DNA from: an uncultured Candidatus Saccharibacteria bacterium
GTDB lineage: Bacteria; Patescibacteriota; CPR2; UBA1875; CAIMLA01
Direction of reading: 5' to 3'
Length of the DNA: 64,000 nt
NCBI GenBank assembly: GCA_964594415.1
Contig: CAZQLQ010000005.1
Location: 96-64,095 of the forward strand
The notes under the pieces were generated by a model. That model ran no database searches, had not been told where the DNA came from, and worked only from the letters and a program-made list of their open reading frames with translations. Position numbers and translations under genes: made by a program. The number at the start of each line of letters is the position of its first letter. Position 1 is the stretch's first letter. Shown piece by piece: positions 35,648 through 45,137 of the stretch.

Positions 35648-37402
35648 TTAGAGCTTATAGATTAATATAGAACCACCGATGTTGTCAACAGGTTCGATAC
35701 TATCAAGGAATGAATAATCCACACCTCCGTTTGCACCTTTTTTTAGCTTTGAGTTCTGATAAAAAGTAGCACTAACGGCAAAATAACCGTTCGGACGGCC
35801 ATTTTGAACATGCCATTCAATAGCCTTATCTCCCATATAATAAAGAATTTCTGGGTCGTAACTACCAGGAAAAACATCCACGTATATTTGGTCTACATTA
35901 TTATCAATCGTCCATTGGTTTAGGCGTTTTATGTCTTGGCCCCAATCAATGTTAGAATCTGTAAGATATTTATAGCCATTTTTATAACCGCCAATAAACT
36001 CGTTGAAATAAGACAAGTAGTGAGGGTAGGTAAATAACCCAGAAAGCATATACCAGCCCATCATAAGAACAATAAACCAAGCGATGCTAAATTCTCTGAG
36101 GTTTTTACTCGTCTTCTTAAGATTATCAAGAGTAATCAGGTTTGCTAATGGCGAAACAAATACAAATATATATGCATAAATTGGCAACATGTAGCGAATT
36201 CCAAGGCATAATTTGCCCTGCATTCCCATTGCCAAAAGAACCGCAGGAAGGACCCAAAAATAAGTTTCTGTAAACCAGTCCTTTTTGTCTAGTTTTTTCC
36301 ATAAAACGAAAGTCAGAATAAGCAGTATGAAAATAGGAATCTGAGTTTTTAGAGCAATAACGACTGGGTAATAATACCACCAGCCTTGATTTGAAGTCAT
36401 GCCCAAAAGATATGCATCGTGTCCTCCCTCTACATGAGCAGTAACCATCGCAAAACCCAAAAGCCATTGTGCAAGGGGTTTTGTGAGAGCATTGTCGGAC
36501 ATTATTTGAAGCGGTGCGGTAAATGGACCTACTTGTGACTCTGTGATCAAATCCTTTTGTACTTGAGAAGGCATATTAATTGTGTGAGGTATATAGTAAA
36601 GCCACATTGTTAAAATGCCGATAAAAACTATTATTGCGAAGCCTAAGAAGCTACTAAGTGCACGCTTCGTCCATTTCTTATCGTTTACTTGTTCAAGTAT
36701 GTTTTTATTGCTTTCATTACCCTTCTTGAATATCAACAGTAACCAGATTAATAAATAGGTTGGCGCCAATACTGCTGCTGAAAATTTCGTCACCAACACA
36801 AGGCCGAAAGCAAGTCCTGCGATAATTATGTTCTTTAAATTTGGTTTTTTGATGAATTTGTAAACCGTGTACGTACTAACAAAAAATGCAAACGAAATTC
36901 CCAAGTCCGTAGTAACAAACCTTGAATGTGCAATTATGTTTACGTTGAATACAAACAAAATTAATGCAAATAAGCCAGCTTTCTCTCCGAAAAGTTCCTT
37001 TGCCCATTTATAAACAAAAAAACCGAATAAAACAGACAAAAGCATTATTGGGATTTCGGCCACTAGCTTTATAAAATCAGGGTTGTTGCCCATCTTGAAT
37101 AGAAAGCTCCATCCCATTTCCCATTGGTTATTGACCACTGGGTTGTTGGACTCCCAAAGGCTGAAAGGAAATTCAAGATTAAACAATGTCAAAGGTAACG
37201 CTGCAAGATCTTTAATCAGTGGTGGATGTTCAGGGTTAAGCCTATAATCTCCAGTAGTAATATATGAGTATCCAGAAGGAATGTGGGCTATCTCATCTAC
37301 GATAACCGAATCGCCTTTTGCAGAAAAAAACATTAATAAAAACATTGTAATTAGTAGAGATGAGATCGATATAGGATAAAACCATTTTTTTAGAAAATTC
37401 AT
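35648..37402 (-). CDS. GT-C fold membrane glycosyltransferase (GT39/GT83, PMT/ArnT-like), polyprenyl-phosphate-sugar dependent
   Basis: First-loop 'VIVDEIAHIPSGYSYITTGDYRLNPEHPPLIKDLAALP' (DE motif), more than 10 TM helices, and a ~200-aa C-terminal extracytoplasmic domain. Confidence 0.5.
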   Translation of the reverse strand: MNFLKKWFYPISISSLLITMFLLMFFSAKGDSVIVDEIAHIPSGYSYITTGDYRLNPEHPPLIKDLAALPLTLFNLEFPFSLWESNNPVVNNQWEMGWSFLFKMGNNPDFIKLVAEIPIMLLSVLFGFFVYKWAKELFGEKAGLFALILFVFNVNIIAHSRFVTTDLGISFAFFVSTYTVYKFIKKPNLKNIIIAGLAFGLVLVTKFSAAVLAPTYLLIWLLLIFKKGNESNKNILEQVNDKKWTKRALSSFLGFAIIVFIGILTMWLYYIPHTINMPSQVQKDLITESQVGPFTAPLQIMSDNALTKPLAQWLLGFAMVTAHVEGGHDAYLLGMTSNQGWWYYYPVVIALKTQIPIFILLILTFVLWKKLDKKDWFTETYFWVLPAVLLAMGMQGKLCLGIRYMLPIYAYIFVFVSPLANLITLDNLKKTSKNLREFSIAWFIVLMMGWYMLSGLFTYPHYLSYFNEFIGGYKNGYKYLTDSNIDWGQDIKRLNQWTIDNNVDQIYVDVFPGSYDPEILYYMGDKAIEWHVQNGRPNGYFAVSATFYQNSKLKKGANGGVDYSFLDSIEPVDNIGGSILIYKL

Positions 37403-37429
37403 AATGCCCCCAATATTTATGTTAAGTTA

Positions 37430-37570
37430 TTAAAATGGTAAAAAATTAAAAAAGATTACGTATAAGAAAAAAAACCACTCTTTCTTTAAAAGATATAATG
37501 CCAAAACCGCTAAAGCTATTAGTATAAAGACCAATATTTCACTAAGTTCTTTTTTGCTTGTAGATCTCAA
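37430..37570 (-). CDS. Possible 46-aa hydrophobic micropeptide (TTG start) directly after the GT2 gene
   Basis: SD 'GGAGGG' 6 nt upstream of a TTG that lies 2 nt after the GT2 TAG stop. The product is (M)RSTSKKELSEILVFILIALAVLALYLLKKEWFFFLYVIFFNFLPF. It is not in the ORF track. Confidence 0.2.
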   Translation of the reverse strand: MRSTSKKELSEILVFILIALAVLALYLLKKEWFFFLYVIFFNFLPF

Positions 37571-37571
37571 A

Positions 37572-38465
37572 CTAATCCCTCCAGTTAAGGATAATTTCCT
37601 CTATGTTTTTTCCAAGTTTGTGCTTAATGTGTTTTTTGGAATATTTTCCCAAGATTAGATTTTTTTGTACTCTGAAGATATCTTTGAAAGAGTTTAAAGT
37701 ATCTTTTACAGGATCTACTGTTGTAGTCGCTGCAGAATCGTACCATTCTACAGGAACTTCTATTATTTTAAATTTATATTTTTGGGCGATCGCAAGATAT
37801 TCAGTGTCATAGCCAAATCCATGAACTTGCTGTAGTCCTGCTAGTAGTTTTGCAATCTCTGTTCTGTATAATTTAAATCCACATCTTTGATCGATATAGC
37901 TTTGATTTAAAAGAACAGTAAAAGCAAGGTTTCCACCCCTTGAAATAAATTGTCTTAGTCTCCCCTGTTTTCCTTTTGCAGCATAATCTTTTGAATGACC
38001 ATAGACTAGCACCTCGATAACGCTTTTGATGCCTCTGTATATCGACTTAAAATAGTTTGGTTCATAAGGTCTAGGGTTCTTAATATATCTAGATCCCATA
38101 ATTATATCGTATTCGTTTACATAAGGAAGCAGTTTGTCAAGTTCAAATATCGGAGTTGAACTGTCCGCGTCCATGAACATAACATATTTTCCTTTTGCGG
38201 CTAAAAATCCGTCTTGGACGCCTTGACCCTTCCCTTTTCTTCTATCTTTTGGCTCAGTGAACTCAATGTGTTCAACTTTTTTTGCATATTCCTTTGCCAT
38301 ATTAAGAGACCCGTCGTTACTATGAGTATCTGAAAGAACAACCTGAGTCTTGAAATCAACTTTATTTGTATATTTTATTATATCCTTAATGGTATTTTCT
38401 AATTGCTCTCTTTGATTTTTAAACGGAACAACTATGGTTAGATAAATTTCTTCTTCTTTTTTCAT
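37572..38465 (-). CDS. Family-2 glycosyltransferase, polyprenyl-phosphate sugar synthase type (DPM1/GtrB/ArnC-like)
   Basis: 'LTIVVPFKNQREQLENT' and 'FMDADSS' (DxD); about 300 aa. Confidence 0.7.
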   Translation of the reverse strand: MKKEEEIYLTIVVPFKNQREQLENTIKDIIKYTNKVDFKTQVVLSDTHSNDGSLNMAKEYAKKVEHIEFTEPKDRRKGKGQGVQDGFLAAKGKYVMFMDADSSTPIFELDKLLPYVNEYDIIMGSRYIKNPRPYEPNYFKSIYRGIKSVIEVLVYGHSKDYAAKGKQGRLRQFISRGGNLAFTVLLNQSYIDQRCGFKLYRTEIAKLLAGLQQVHGFGYDTEYLAIAQKYKFKIIEVPVEWYDSAATTTVDPVKDTLNSFKDIFRVQKNLILGKYSKKHIKHKLGKNIEEIILNWRD

Positions 38466-38485
38466 TAAAACCTCATATTAATTTT

Positions 38486-39739
38486 TTATTTGATGAATAT
38501 GTATTCTTGGTTAAACTGATTTTTTATCGTCTCGTCCTTTTTCCAGGCTAGAAATTGATATTTGTAATTATACAGAAAGGACATAAATAAGAATACTGAG
38601 AATATCAATGCCATCGATATTCTAGCTTGGCGATTGAAGGGAAAGGTGCGCGACCAGTTAGTAAGAATATAGTCAAAGATGATTGAGGCAAGCACTATTA
38701 CTGCTGGGAAAATTATAAAAAAATTTAATAGTTCTGTTGAATCTAGCAGTCCAAGCGTAATAAACCCGAGAAACAACCAAGCTATAAGAAAGACGTGCTT
38801 CCTCTTGTTCAAATGGAAAGCCGCAAAAATTATTCCACATAAGAAACTTATTGCAAGAAATGGGTCAACTAGCGGCTCGTTTCCGAGATTGAATATAGTA
38901 GTGGTAGGAGATCTATATAGGAGGGCAGGAACCGTTTCTCCAATATTGAGGTAAAAGTCCCCGATTGAGCCAGGGTTAAACTTGCTGATAGTGCCTTGAA
39001 TGAATTCGGGCAAATTTAATAAATACGGGGTTGCTGTGACAAAAAATGAAATTACAAAAATAATGATTTCGTAAAGATAAACTGTAAGGACCTTCAAATT
39101 CTTTTTTATCATTAGAAGAAATAGTACCAGCGAAAGAGCATAGATAAACAAGAAAACCTCGTCAGTATATAGTCCAAGACCGATGATTATTCCAGATATT
39201 GCGAACAACAGCTTGTTTTTCCTTCGAAAAGCAATTGATATTGTAAAAAAAGACAAAAAAGCGAATAACAGAATAAGGACCTTTGAATTGATGAGTTGAG
39301 AGTTAACCACCAAAAACGAATTTATTGAAAAAAATAAACCGGCAAAAATAGCTGTTTGTCTGTTGTACCAATTTTTTACAAAGTAATAGAAAAGGATCAA
39401 GACTAAGGAGCTGAGGATTACCTGGAAAATTCTTAGAGCTAGTATATTGAAGTTTGTTACATACCCAATAGCCGCTAAAAAATATAAGTAAAGTGAGTTA
39501 GGGATTAACGTTTGTTTTATTTCCCATCCGTTTCTAATTATATCTCCTGCATTTTGCACAAGCGAAAATTCACTTTCAGAAAGATTATTAAAAAGATTTA
39601 TATTATTAAATCTAAGCAAAATACCTGTAAGAAGGATAATAAAAGCTATCAACTCAAATTGTTTTAAAGTTAAAAAGCTCTTTATGTTTTGTTTCAAGCT
39701 TTTTTTCTTCCCTGTTTCGGTTTCAATGATATTTTCCAT
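38486..39739 (-). CDS. Polytopic membrane protein, putative second GT-C-type glycosyltransferase (GtrC-like role)
   Basis: More than 10 predicted TM helices and a 'YTDEVF' acidic loop motif. Assigned by context. Confidence 0.35.
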   Translation of the reverse strand: MENIIETETGKKKSLKQNIKSFLTLKQFELIAFIILLTGILLRFNNINLFNNLSESEFSLVQNAGDIIRNGWEIKQTLIPNSLYLYFLAAIGYVTNFNILALRIFQVILSSLVLILFYYFVKNWYNRQTAIFAGLFFSINSFLVVNSQLINSKVLILLFAFLSFFTISIAFRRKNKLLFAISGIIIGLGLYTDEVFLFIYALSLVLFLLMIKKNLKVLTVYLYEIIIFVISFFVTATPYLLNLPEFIQGTISKFNPGSIGDFYLNIGETVPALLYRSPTTTIFNLGNEPLVDPFLAISFLCGIIFAAFHLNKRKHVFLIAWLFLGFITLGLLDSTELLNFFIIFPAVIVLASIIFDYILTNWSRTFPFNRQARISMALIFSVFLFMSFLYNYKYQFLAWKKDETIKNQFNQEYIFIK

Positions 39740-39757
39740 TTATGTAATCTTAACACG

Positions 39758-40618
39758 TTAAAAGGTAATTATAAATACTCCAATGAGCATAATTAGACAA
39801 GAAATAAGCCGAAAGTTCGTCTTTTTTTCTTGAAAGATAAATCCGCCCAGAATAACAGTAAATAATGTCCATAGTCTTAGCACGGGAACCACTAAAGAAA
39901 CGTCTCCCTTGCTAGTTGCCATAAACCAAAAATAGTAGTCTGCAACACTTGTTATTCCTATTATCAGTATTAGCCATCCAGATGCGGCGAATCCTTGTCT
40001 GATGTCCTTAACGCCGTTATGCCTTATAAATATATACGATGAAATAATGATAGTTCTGAAAAAAAGTTCAAAAAACAAATAAGTTATAGGATCGATAATG
40101 TTTAAAATATATTTAATGAATATCGCCAAAACAGAATAACCAACAATAGAAATAACTAGGTGATGGTAATCATTTGATCTAAGTAGCTCTTTGAACGGAT
40201 AGAGCAGGTCTTTACCTTTGAAATTTATTAGATAGGCCCCAAAGACAAGGAACAAAGAACCTGAGAATTGCACTAAAGTAATTTGTTCCTGAAATATAAT
40301 TATAGCGAAGAATATTGTGATTAGGGTCCCGACGTTAAAAAGTGGCGAAACCACTGACACATCCATGTGTCTATAAGCCTTAACGCTGTAGATGTATGAG
40401 ATTGAGGCAATAAGAGATGAGAGCAGTATCAATAAGATAGTTTTAGGCTCAAGGCTAAAATCTACATAGGGAATAAATACAAGGCCTATCAAGAGGCTTG
40501 TAATTGATGCGGCTCCTGCAACCTGAAGCGAATGTGCTTTTTTTAAAACAACTTTAGTTAGTAAGTTGCCTATAGTTACCGCAAAGGCACTAAATAACGC
40601 GAAGAAGAACCAGTTCAT
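39758..40618 (-). CDS. EamA/DMT-family transporter
   Basis: Ten-TM duplicated EamA architecture. Confidence 0.6.
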   Translation of the reverse strand: MNWFFFALFSAFAVTIGNLLTKVVLKKAHSLQVAGAASITSLLIGLVFIPYVDFSLEPKTILLILLSSLIASISYIYSVKAYRHMDVSVVSPLFNVGTLITIFFAIIIFQEQITLVQFSGSLFLVFGAYLINFKGKDLLYPFKELLRSNDYHHLVISIVGYSVLAIFIKYILNIIDPITYLFFELFFRTIIISSYIFIRHNGVKDIRQGFAASGWLILIIGITSVADYYFWFMATSKGDVSLVVPVLRLWTLFTVILGGFIFQEKKTNFRLISCLIMLIGVFIITF

Positions 40619-40623
40619 CTAAT

Positions 40624-41070
40624 TTAAAAAACCCAAAATTTATAAAATAGAAAGTTCCAAACCAGAGAAGTAAAGACCGCAAAAATTTTTGCACTGTTGT
40701 CTTTGATAAAAGATTCCGAAAATCTGTTAACCAAAGGAAGTTTTTTTGCTATTTTTGCAAAAAAAATACCAGGAGCCAATATTTTTGTAGTAAATATCCA
40801 AACAATACCATTATGAACAACGTAAATACTGACAATTGTAGTACCAAAAAACTTAATTATTTCTGAGGCAGAACCATTCCCTTGAAAAGTCCAAGAACTA
40901 TTTAAGAGGTAGCTTTGTACCATTGCTATTGTACTGGATATATAACTCGCAACAACAGGCTTGATATTCTTAAAACGGCGAAAAATATTAAAAAATATCA
41001 AATCAACCAATGTATTTAAAACTCCGACCGATGCAAACCTAGCTAATTGTTGTCCTAATAAACCGCTCAT
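40624..41070 (-). CDS. gtrA: GtrA-family protein (polyprenyl-phosphate-sugar flippase-associated)
   Basis: 'ARFASVGVLNTLVDLIFFNIF' and four TM helices, typical of GtrA. Confidence 0.65.
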   Translation of the reverse strand: MSGLLGQQLARFASVGVLNTLVDLIFFNIFRRFKNIKPVVASYISSTIAMVQSYLLNSSWTFQGNGSASEIIKFFGTTIVSIYVVHNGIVWIFTTKILAPGIFFAKIAKKLPLVNRFSESFIKDNSAKIFAVFTSLVWNFLFYKFWVF

Positions 41071-41132
41071 TTCTTCCTTTCATTTTTTTAACACTATAAA
41101 AAGAATACAATAATTCTGTTTTATGTTAAAGT

Positions 41133-42479
41133 CTAAATTGTAGGAAGGTCTCTTTTCTTCTCAAGGTTTGTAAAAAGCATTTGTTCTTGTTTGAAGAAAA
41201 GATCTATCTGGCCAATCGGACCGTTACGATGTTTTCTTACTAAGATACTTGCAATATTTTTATTTTCAGTATCGCTTTCATAATAGTCCTCTCTGTAGAT
41301 AAACATAACAACATCTGCGTCCTGTTCTATTGACCCAGATTCCCGTAAATCTGACAATTGAGGAATCTTTGAGGGTCGATTCTCAACTGCTCTTGAAAGC
41401 TGCGAAAGAGCAATAACAGGAACATTTAATTCCCTTGCAAGACCTTTTAGCGATCTGGAGATATCAGAAACCTCTTCTACTCTGCTATTTTTTGAATTAC
41501 CTTGTATTAACTGCATATAATCAATAACAATCAGCCCCAAGCCGTGTTCTGCCTGTAATCTTCTTGCTTTTGTTCTCATCTCAAGGACATTTATTCCTGC
41601 TGAATCGTCAAAATAAAGAGGCGCTTCAGAGATCTTTGCCATTGTCTCGCCGATTTTAGCAAAATCGTGATCACTTAGACTTGCATTTCTAAGTTTCCAA
41701 AAATCTATATTTGCTTCTGAACATAGTACACGGTCAACTAGCTGTTCTTTGCTCATTTCTAAAGAAAAAACAGCAGCTGGGATGCCTTCCCTGATTGCAG
41801 CATGCTGAGCAATATTTAAGGCGAAACTTGATTTACCCATCGAAGGTCTTCCGGCGACTATTACAAGATCAGAAGGCTGTAAACCTGCAAGCAACGAATC
41901 GAGATCTTTAAATCCTGAAGGAACGCCTCTTACGCTATCTTTGTTTTTGCTTAGCTCGTCTAGTCTTTCAAAGCTTCCGATTAAAACTTCCTTGATCTGG
42001 ACAAAGTTACCCTTTAAATGTTTTTGAGAAACTTGAAAGATTGCTTGTTCTGCCTTATCAAGAACCACCGGTATTTCTTCTTCTTCGTTGAGGGCAATGG
42101 TATTGATTTCGTTCGAGGCCTGAATAAGACGTCTTAGAATAGCTTTTTCTGATACTATTTTTGCGTAATGAACAATGTTTGCAGCGGAAGGTACTGAGCT
42201 AGCGAGCGTTGCTATATAGCTACCACCTCCAATTTTATCTAATAATTTAAGTTCCTCGAGTTTGTTTGTAAGCGTTATTACGTCAATTGGCTCTCGATGC
42301 TCAAAAAGATTTATTGATGCTCTATAAATCAAACCATGAGCGTCTTTATAAAAGTCTTCCGGGGTTAGAATATCGGATATTTTAATTATTGCGTCCTTAT
42401 CCAAAAGAAGTGCACCTAAGACGGATATCTCCGCATCAATATTTTGTGGCGGTAATGTTAATTTTTCTTTATTTTCCAT
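41133..42479 (-). CDS. dnaB: Replicative DNA helicase DnaB
   Basis: Walker A 'GRPSMGKSSFALN', 'LIVIDYMQLI', and an N-terminal DnaB domain. Confidence 0.9.
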   Translation of the reverse strand: MENKEKLTLPPQNIDAEISVLGALLLDKDAIIKISDILTPEDFYKDAHGLIYRASINLFEHREPIDVITLTNKLEELKLLDKIGGGSYIATLASSVPSAANIVHYAKIVSEKAILRRLIQASNEINTIALNEEEEIPVVLDKAEQAIFQVSQKHLKGNFVQIKEVLIGSFERLDELSKNKDSVRGVPSGFKDLDSLLAGLQPSDLVIVAGRPSMGKSSFALNIAQHAAIREGIPAAVFSLEMSKEQLVDRVLCSEANIDFWKLRNASLSDHDFAKIGETMAKISEAPLYFDDSAGINVLEMRTKARRLQAEHGLGLIVIDYMQLIQGNSKNSRVEEVSDISRSLKGLARELNVPVIALSQLSRAVENRPSKIPQLSDLRESGSIEQDADVVMFIYREDYYESDTENKNIASILVRKHRNGPIGQIDLFFKQEQMLFTNLEKKRDLPTI

Positions 42480-42485
42480 TTTCCC

Positions 42486-43997
42486 CTATTCTATTATTTC
42501 CCCACCAAATATTTCCAAAGCATCATCAAGCAAGTCATCCTTTCTCGGTTTTTGTTGCTCCATAGAGTTATTCAAGTGCGGTTTAAATAAGCATTTAACG
42601 ATAAATTTCCTTTTATAAACCTTCTCAGCTGCTCTTACTAAGATTTCTAAATTTTTTTGTTCCTCTACCCTTTCTTTATGAAACTTAAAAGGAAAGGTTA
42701 GAATTATTTCATCTTCTGTTATTTCGTTTGTACATACTTTTAAGAATGCGTAGACCGAATTGTTTTTACTTTTTATCTCAGCTAAAAATTCTTGCCATTT
42801 AGCTGCCTCAAAACCAGTCTTTGGGATCGTTTCTTCTTTTGGTTGCGAAGTCTTTAATGATTCCTGTTGAGTGTTGTTTTTGTTTTGTATTTCTTTTTTC
42901 TGAGAGTCACCTAATTGCCCAAAGCATATTTTAATTGTAGCCATCTCAAGTCCAAGTTGTGGCAAGGTGGAATTCTTATATTTGGACTCAGAAGCAATTA
43001 GAATGTCAATAAACTCTAGAATATCGGAAGTATTAACAAGCTTCAACAATTCTTTTGTCCTCTTTAATGCATTCTCTGACAGATCAACTTCTTCTATGTT
43101 GGAAACGCTTGCAAAAAGCATTTTTCTTAAAAGCTCTAAAATATTTCTCAAGAACTGTGATGGTTCGTAGCCGTCATCAACGGCTCTGCTGATAAGCTGT
43201 ATTGCTTCATTTGCTTTTTTATTTGAGATAGCGTAAATATAGTCTTCGACTATTTTAGTATCGGTTATGCCAATAATGTTCTCAATGTTGTCCTTAGTTA
43301 TCTGATTATTAAATGAGGACGCCGCTTGGTCCAAGAGCGAAATTGCATCTCTAAAGCCTCCCTCGCTAGTTTCTGCGATTATTTCCAGAACCTCTTCGCT
43401 TACTTCAATTTTTTCTTTCTCAGAGATTTCTCTTAGTCTTTTAACTATATCGGCAATTCTAATTCTCCTGAAGTCGTATCTTTGACAGCGCGAAAGAATG
43501 GTTGGCGGTATCTTATTTATTTCAGTAGTTGCAAATATAAAAATTGCGTGGCTAGGCGGTTCTTCGAGAGTTTTAAGGAGTGCATTAAAAGATGACTTGG
43601 AAAGCATATGGGCTTCATCTATTATATAGACCTTGTAATTTAGATTTGTAGGCGCAAAGTTCGCTCTATCAACGATTATCTCTCTTATATTATCTACCTG
43701 GGTATGCGAAGCCGCATCTATCTCAATAATATCAGTGGTTTGTGATTTATTGATGAGATCGCAATTGTTACACTTATTGTCAGGGTTGCCATTCATGTTT
43801 TTTAGACAGTTAATCGCCTTTGCTAATATTCTAGCAGCTGAAGTCTTTCCAGTTCCTCTGGGGCCAAAAAAAAGATAAGCATGAGAAAAATTACCAGATT
43901 TAACGGAATTCTTAAGAGTTTTAGATATGTGTTCTTGACCAAAAAGCTCGTCAAAGTCTGTTGGTCTATATTTTCGATACAAAGCTAAAGAAGCCAT
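42486..43997 (-). CDS. dnaX: DNA polymerase III subunit gamma/tau
   Basis: 'YRKYRPTDFDELFGQEHI', 'GPRGTGKTSAARILAKAINC', and a C4 Zn module. Confidence 0.9.
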   Translation of the reverse strand: MASLALYRKYRPTDFDELFGQEHISKTLKNSVKSGNFSHAYLFFGPRGTGKTSAARILAKAINCLKNMNGNPDNKCNNCDLINKSQTTDIIEIDAASHTQVDNIREIIVDRANFAPTNLNYKVYIIDEAHMLSKSSFNALLKTLEEPPSHAIFIFATTEINKIPPTILSRCQRYDFRRIRIADIVKRLREISEKEKIEVSEEVLEIIAETSEGGFRDAISLLDQAASSFNNQITKDNIENIIGITDTKIVEDYIYAISNKKANEAIQLISRAVDDGYEPSQFLRNILELLRKMLFASVSNIEEVDLSENALKRTKELLKLVNTSDILEFIDILIASESKYKNSTLPQLGLEMATIKICFGQLGDSQKKEIQNKNNTQQESLKTSQPKEETIPKTGFEAAKWQEFLAEIKSKNNSVYAFLKVCTNEITEDEIILTFPFKFHKERVEEQKNLEILVRAAEKVYKRKFIVKCLFKPHLNNSMEQQKPRKDDLLDDALEIFGGEIIE

Positions 43998-44102
43998 AAG
44001 ATGCCCTTACTATTTATCTACTTAGTTTGACTATTATACGTCAAAATTAATTTTTTTTTAAGTCTAAAGTAATATTTTTAGTGGATAATCTGGGTATATT
44101 TA

Positions 44103-45065
44103 CTATATTTCCAATTCCTTAATGCTATCGCTGCTATCAGTTGTAGGGTATATTGGTTGTTCTTCAATAGGCTTAATAAATTCATCCAAAAGCCCTGATT
44201 CGTCCTTTTCATCAGAAATAGGGGTTCTGGTATCAGAATCGTCCTTTTTTACTTCCTTGTCGTGAATCTCATTTTTCATATCGGTTGTTATGTTCTTTAA
44301 AATATCCTCGTCTGAGATTCCAAGATTGTTCCCTGGAAACTCTATTTGGGGCTCTGGAGAAGCTTTGCCTCCGGAGCCTATCTCTGAAGAGTTCGGAACA
44401 GGGATAACCTTTTCTTCTGTTAACATATAGTCATTATCTCTGTTATCATTGTCGGTCTCTACAAGGGATTCTCTTTCTTGGACGATTGGTTCGGCTTGTT
44501 TGTCTGCTAGCTCTTTGTTTGGCTCCTCTTTGGCAGAATTGTCTTTCTTTATAATCCCATCTAAAGCTGCCCAAACCGAGTCATGCCCCTTGGGTAATAC
44601 TATTGTGGCTTGATCCCCGGGTTGCCCCTTGTAGAAAGTCACACTTGCCGGAAGGACTTTGAAGCTTTTTCCTTCGGCAAAAACGCTAAATGCATTATTC
44701 CCGCTTAAAACGAGGGATCCTACGGTCTTTTTTCTTTCAGCAGGTGCGATTTGTTTATAAACATAACTACCGTTATCGGATATCGTAAGTTTTAGCGTAT
44801 CGCCTTCTATTAACTTTGACTTTGAGGCATAGTTTGCGGGAACGGCGTAGGCCTTGCCGTCCTTTCCAATCATGCATTCACCGTTGAAGATACCTTCAAT
44901 TATTTTTTGATTTGGATTCGGATTTAGTTCTTTTAATTTGTTATTTATGTCTAATGTTTGACTGTTGTCGTTTTTTAATATACTTCTTAGAAGATTTCTC
45001 GCAGAATGAAGATCTCCTTCCGCCATATCAAGCAATTTTTGAATTTGCTTTAATCTTTCTTCCAT
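44103..45065 (-). CDS. Hypothetical protein with acidic, disordered C-terminal half
   Basis: ORF only. It has an N-terminal helical segment, a central beta-rich region, and a D/E/S-rich tail. Confidence 0.35.
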   Translation of the reverse strand: MEERLKQIQKLLDMAEGDLHSARNLLRSILKNDNSQTLDINNKLKELNPNPNQKIIEGIFNGECMIGKDGKAYAVPANYASKSKLIEGDTLKLTISDNGSYVYKQIAPAERKKTVGSLVLSGNNAFSVFAEGKSFKVLPASVTFYKGQPGDQATIVLPKGHDSVWAALDGIIKKDNSAKEEPNKELADKQAEPIVQERESLVETDNDNRDNDYMLTEEKVIPVPNSSEIGSGGKASPEPQIEFPGNNLGISDEDILKNITTDMKNEIHDKEVKKDDSDTRTPISDEKDESGLLDEFIKPIEEQPIYPTTDSSDSIKELEI

Positions 45066-45137
45066 TTTATCTCCTTTTGTTTTTGTTTTGGTTTGCTTTT
45101 ATATTATAAATTAGATTTTTGGCTATGTATAGTTGTT

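Noticed and set aside
36126-36467. A 113-aa same-strand alternate-frame ORF within the GT39-like gene
   Set aside because: It is fully nested in a different frame of a well-supported membrane protein CDS, with no independent signals.
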